Origin: Candidatus Daviesbacteria bacterium RIFCSPHIGHO2_02_FULL_43_12
GTDB lineage: Bacteria > Patescibacteriota > Microgenomatia > Daviesbacterales > UBA10151
DNA length: 50,810 nt
Reading direction: 5' to 3'
NCBI GenBank assembly: GCA_001776775.1
Contig: MFDD01000006.1
Span: 2,191 to 53,000, forward strand
The notes beneath the pieces are model-generated. The model was not told the origin of the DNA. It searched no databases and saw only the letters and a program-made list of their open reading frames with translations. The position numbers and the translations under genes were made by a program. Positions 47,422 through 50,810 of the stretch are shown here, piece after piece; the stretch's first letter is position 1, and every line of letters begins with the position of its first letter.

Positions 47422-48552
47422 TTATACGATTATGTGCATAGCTGTCTCAACTAACTTTTTTAGGAACCCTGCTGTTTGCTTTAAATGTCTAAGTTGTAAC
47501 TTTTCCGAGTTTGAATGAGCATTGCTGCCTCCCCTTGAGACAGAGATCGTCGGGTAGCCTTTTCCGCTCAGATTATTGGCATCACTAGTGGAGAATGATT
47601 CTTTGAAGATTGGCTTCAGTCCTACCGATAGACTAGTTTGATAGCATAGTTTTGCTATTGCACTATTTTTATCCCCGTTGAAGGGTGGTATATAGCTAGA
47701 CTTCTTAATCTTAAATTTTATCTGGGTGTTAAATCGCTTGCCGATCTTTTGACTAATCTGACTAATTTTTTCTTCGACTGACTTTATAGTTTGATCCTTG
47801 AATGCCCTAATCTCGCCAGTAAGTGTTACTAAATCACACACTACATTCGTTGCTTCGCCTCCATGAACCTGTCCTATATTCAAGGTCCAACCTTGTTGAC
47901 TATTTTTACCTATTGGGAGGCTGTTTATCAGTGATGCAGATATCTTGACTGCATCTTTTCCTTTGTCATATGACTTTGCGGCGTGAGAGGCTAGCCCATG
48001 AACTTCGATTATGAAATTTTCATAGCCCAATGATTTATACACAAATACCCCTGGTAAATCAGAGCTGTCCAGATTAAAAACATATTTTATACTTGCTTTA
48101 TCAAACTTAAAAAATGAGGAACCCATTACCCCTGCTTCTTCGTGGGTAGTAAAGAAGAACAGCAAATTACAACTTAATTTACCTATGTCTAAGGATTCTG
48201 CTAACGCCAAGAGGCTGACGATCCCAGCTTTATTATCTGCTCCTAGAATTGTCTTACCCGTACTTGTAAACACTTTACCGTCAAACTTAACTTTTACTTG
48301 TTCCCCTAGCTTTTGGACTGTATCCATATGAGCACTAAAAACCAGAGTTTTATATTCAGGACTTACCTCTAAATAAGCATAGATATTTCCAGAGTTACTT
48401 TGATTCTTTTTTCCAGAGTCGTCTGTCCAAACTTTCCATCCAAGATCATTCATCTTGTTTGTAATCCAACCAGCGATATCTTTTTCATACCCGCTAGGCG
48501 AGCTTATCTCAGCTGCTTCTGTAAATAGTTTCACTAAATCTTTATTGATCAT
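47422..48552 (-). CDS. M20/M25/M40 metallopeptidase (peptidase T-like)
   Basis: SAHMDTV, LGADNKAG, HEE, GLASHA, SDAN, AHSNSE. Confidence 0.9.
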   Translation of the reverse strand: MINKDLVKLFTEAAEISSPSGYEKDIAGWITNKMNDLGWKVWTDDSGKKNQSNSGNIYAYLEVSPEYKTLVFSAHMDTVQKLGEQVKVKFDGKVFTSTGKTILGADNKAGIVSLLALAESLDIGKLSCNLLFFFTTHEEAGVMGSSFFKFDKASIKYVFNLDSSDLPGVFVYKSLGYENFIIEVHGLASHAAKSYDKGKDAVKISASLINSLPIGKNSQQGWTLNIGQVHGGEATNVVCDLVTLTGEIRAFKDQTIKSVEEKISQISQKIGKRFNTQIKFKIKKSSYIPPFNGDKNSAIAKLCYQTSLSVGLKPIFKESFSTSDANNLSGKGYPTISVSRGGSNAHSNSEKLQLRHLKQTAGFLKKLVETAMHIIV

Positions 48553-49912
48553 TTTTAAAGACTCCCTGGGCTTTCTTGATCAAGTGAGCTGCCTCGTAAG
48601 GATCGTCTTTGCCTGAGATGGCTACAGCGTAAAAACTATCTTCATATCCAGAATCCAAAACTGAACCGTTGAAAACAAATATGCCTTCAGCATTAGGGCC
48701 AGTTTTAGTAATCAGTAGTTTGTTATCCTGAAGAACCTCGATAACATGCTCGATCTTTGTACCTGGAGCAACCTTTAGTTTGGAAACCACCCAACCAATA
48801 CCATATTGACCCTCCCTTAATGCTAGTATCCAGGCTTTAGAGATTGTTGAAGCTCCTGGTCTGGTGTTTTCGTCATTACAAAGTGGAGCTCCAACTGGAA
48901 AACCTAGTTTTTCGCTGATATGAGGAGGCACGATCAACATCCCCATGGTGTGAGGTCCCCAGGCTTGGTGTTTGCTATAACCCTTGGCTAGCTTGTGACC
49001 TACTGCTAGAATCGGGTCTAAGTATTTTTTGTCAATCGGTTCTGCTCCAATTGCCCCTAGGGCACTTTGACCCTCCAACAAGTGAGCTTGTGCGCTGGTA
49101 AATTTATAGGATCCATCAAAATCGATAAAAGTGGCGATACTTACGCTCGTAGTATCCGGTACCCAACCTTGAACAACGCCACCTTCTTCGGGCGTAAATT
49201 CGTTGGGGAGATATTGACTGGGATGACCCCTAACGATATCTGCTATTGAGCTAATGAGGTGTCCCATACCTCCCGTAGAGTGGCTTACCTTAACCACTAC
49301 CTTCTCATATCCAGCCTGGGCCAGATTCAAGACAGCATCTTTGAGTTGACCCGGATGATAAATAGGTACTGTCATCGGAGTATAAATCCCACATTCACCG
49401 GCAAACTCTGATAACCCCACTTTTGTACCTGCCCAATTAGCAAACTTAGAGTTTCCATAATAAGGGACTCCAAGTTTCTGAGCTATGGCTTCCATCTCTT
49501 CTGTTTGATTAAAACCATATAGACTCATTGAAGACTCACCAGCAGATTTTTTGGCTACTTCCTCTGCCAAACTAGACAAAAACCCAGGGTTTGCTAGTAC
49601 TATCTGGTCGAGCGAGCCTCCTTTTATTTTATTGCCAGGGATCATCCAATGGGGATTATGATCTCCAAAGAGTTTGTTTCTATAGTGAGCTTCAGTTTTA
49701 GGCAAAGCCACCCTACTTATAAAGATCCCGGGATAGTTACCCATCGCCTCTCCAGCTTGCCTATGCTCATATAACATCTCTCCTTCAATTCCAGTGAGAA
49801 TCTTCGTATTCTTCTCTCCCTGAGAGGGTAGAACCACCAGATGTTTACCTCTTAATAAAGAGGTGTCAAATTCGGCATATTTTCCCAAATCAATCGGACT
49901 ATATTTTTCCAT
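48542..49912 (-). CDS. Putative ATP-grasp ligase (PGM1-like)
   Basis: GTK..., VVVKVSHSTGGMG, VVQGWV, CNDENTR (ExNxR-like). Confidence 0.6.
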   Translation of the reverse strand: MEKYSPIDLGKYAEFDTSLLRGKHLVVLPSQGEKNTKILTGIEGEMLYEHRQAGEAMGNYPGIFISRVALPKTEAHYRNKLFGDHNPHWMIPGNKIKGGSLDQIVLANPGFLSSLAEEVAKKSAGESSMSLYGFNQTEEMEAIAQKLGVPYYGNSKFANWAGTKVGLSEFAGECGIYTPMTVPIYHPGQLKDAVLNLAQAGYEKVVVKVSHSTGGMGHLISSIADIVRGHPSQYLPNEFTPEEGGVVQGWVPDTTSVSIATFIDFDGSYKFTSAQAHLLEGQSALGAIGAEPIDKKYLDPILAVGHKLAKGYSKHQAWGPHTMGMLIVPPHISEKLGFPVGAPLCNDENTRPGASTISKAWILALREGQYGIGWVVSKLKVAPGTKIEHVIEVLQDNKLLITKTGPNAEGIFVFNGSVLDSGYEDSFYAVAISGKDDPYEAAHLIKKAQGVFKNDQ

Positions 49913-49937
49913 ATTTTTCTCTCTGGGCTTTTACAAC

Positions 49938-50275
49938 TAAAAAGCCCTTGTAAATCCACCAATTACGATGAACTTACAAGGGCTCTCTTTCGAATTCAGA
50001 ATTCTTGAATTCAGATTTAAGAATTTACATTCTGCATTCTGAACTCTACATTCTGCATTCTTTAAGGGCGGTACCACCTTGTCTTAATTTCCAAAAAAAT
50101 CCTCCGCGGTTGCGAAGGAGTTCTAAAAGAAATTATCTCTTTCAGCGCTCCGTTACCGACACGCCTGACTCATTTTACAGTTTGTCTTCTGTCTTGGTCT
50201 TCCCAGGGGGTTTATCCAAGCTGCTTGTCTACTGCGGTAGACTTAAAATGCATTTCACTAACCTATTAAGTTGTG
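49938..50275 (-). promoter_or_regulatory. T-box riboswitch leader with intrinsic terminator
   Basis: Minus strand ACAAGG-TGGTACC-GCCC (50066-50082) can pair with downstream CCTTGT; terminator agcccttgtaa...ttacaagggct-tttt (49938-49984); TGgTATAAT promoter at the comEC stop. Confidence 0.85.
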
Positions 50276-50281
50276 TACGTA

Positions 50282-50810
50282 TTATACCACAACTCCTTGT
50301 TTCGTCAAATGAGCAAGGTGTTGGCCTCTCTGCTTTAGCCGTAAATACGCACCGAAAAGTAGTAAGTAATACCCTGCCCAAACGACAACTGGGAGAGTTG
50401 GAATATACATCTTATTAAAGGGAATACTATCAAACCAGTTCACAAGTTGCAGAAAGTACATCAAAAAAATATTCGGAATAATCCCCAGAGTCCACCCCAA
50501 GGGTGGCCAGATTAGACTCGCAACCAGAGCCATCAAACCGGTTAGCATAATTGGTGAAATAGTCCACAACACCAGGGCGTTAACTATCACTCCCAGCATA
50601 CTTAATTGATGAAAATTGGCCGCAATAATCGGCAAAGTCAGAGCTTGGGCCGCCAAAGACACTCCCAAGTCCTCTCGCATAACCTCTGGTAACCAAGCTA
50701 GATTGGCGACAACCAAGGGAGCTACCCTCACTACTGCCAGGGTGGCAGCAAATGACAGCTGAAAAGAGATCGAGAAAGCCCAGTTGGGGTTAAGCGATAA
50801 CATGACTAGC
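50282..50810 (-). CDS. comEC: ComEC/Rec2 competence protein, 3' part
   Basis: NP...SISFQLSFAAT, SLAAQALTLPI...F, multi-TM; runs off the right edge. Confidence 0.9.
   Translation of the reverse strand, partial: LVMLSLNPNWAFSISFQLSFAATLAVVRVAPLVVANLAWLPEVMREDLGVSLAAQALTLPIIAANFHQLSMLGVIVNALVLWTISPIMLTGLMALVASLIWPPLGWTLGIIPNIFLMYFLQLVNWFDSIPFNKMYIPTLPVVVWAGYYLLLFGAYLRLKQRGQHLAHLTKQGVVV

Noticed and set aside
50005-50418. 137-aa plus-strand ORF
   Set aside because: It is the antisense reading of the T-box leader; YILHSELYILHS is just translated heptamer repeat.
1-50810. Alternative genetic code (UGA=Gly, as in Gracilibacteria/Absconditabacteria)
   Set aside because: Conserved genes are intact under code 11, and TGA serves as stop in ATGA overlaps (e.g. 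493-496, 27254-27257).

Overview
Chromosomal window from a small-genome bacterium, most likely Patescibacteria (CPR, Microgenomates-like). That placement is inferred from gene content and style. The genetic code is standard: TGA is used as stop. From left to right the window holds secreted/surface genes, a secE-nusG-rplK-rplA-rplJ-rplL cluster interrupted by orphan genes, HD/HTH/EEP genes and two glycosyltransferases. Next comes a 3141-aa membrane-anchored adhesin-like protein with an N-terminal MerR-type HTH, then a ~17 kb putative protein-glycosylation island. The island has one TMEM260/DUF2723-like and four TMTC-like GT-C+TPR genes, a polyprenol-P GT2, a split transketolase, a methyltransferase and an SDR. 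The right end carries mreB, a PEGA protein, sortase, tRNA-Arg/tRNA-Pro, ndk, argS, a T-box-led ATP-grasp-like + M20 peptidase pair and a partial comEC. The most striking unexplained signal is about 19 short 7-bp-period repeat arrays with different unit sequences. Many form inverted pairs around a spacer. They occur between genes, inside the rplJ and T-box leaders, and in-frame inside conserved proteins. Many genes also look leaderless, with a -10 box 6-10 nt before the ATG. All product calls are from motif recognition by eye; no database searches were run.
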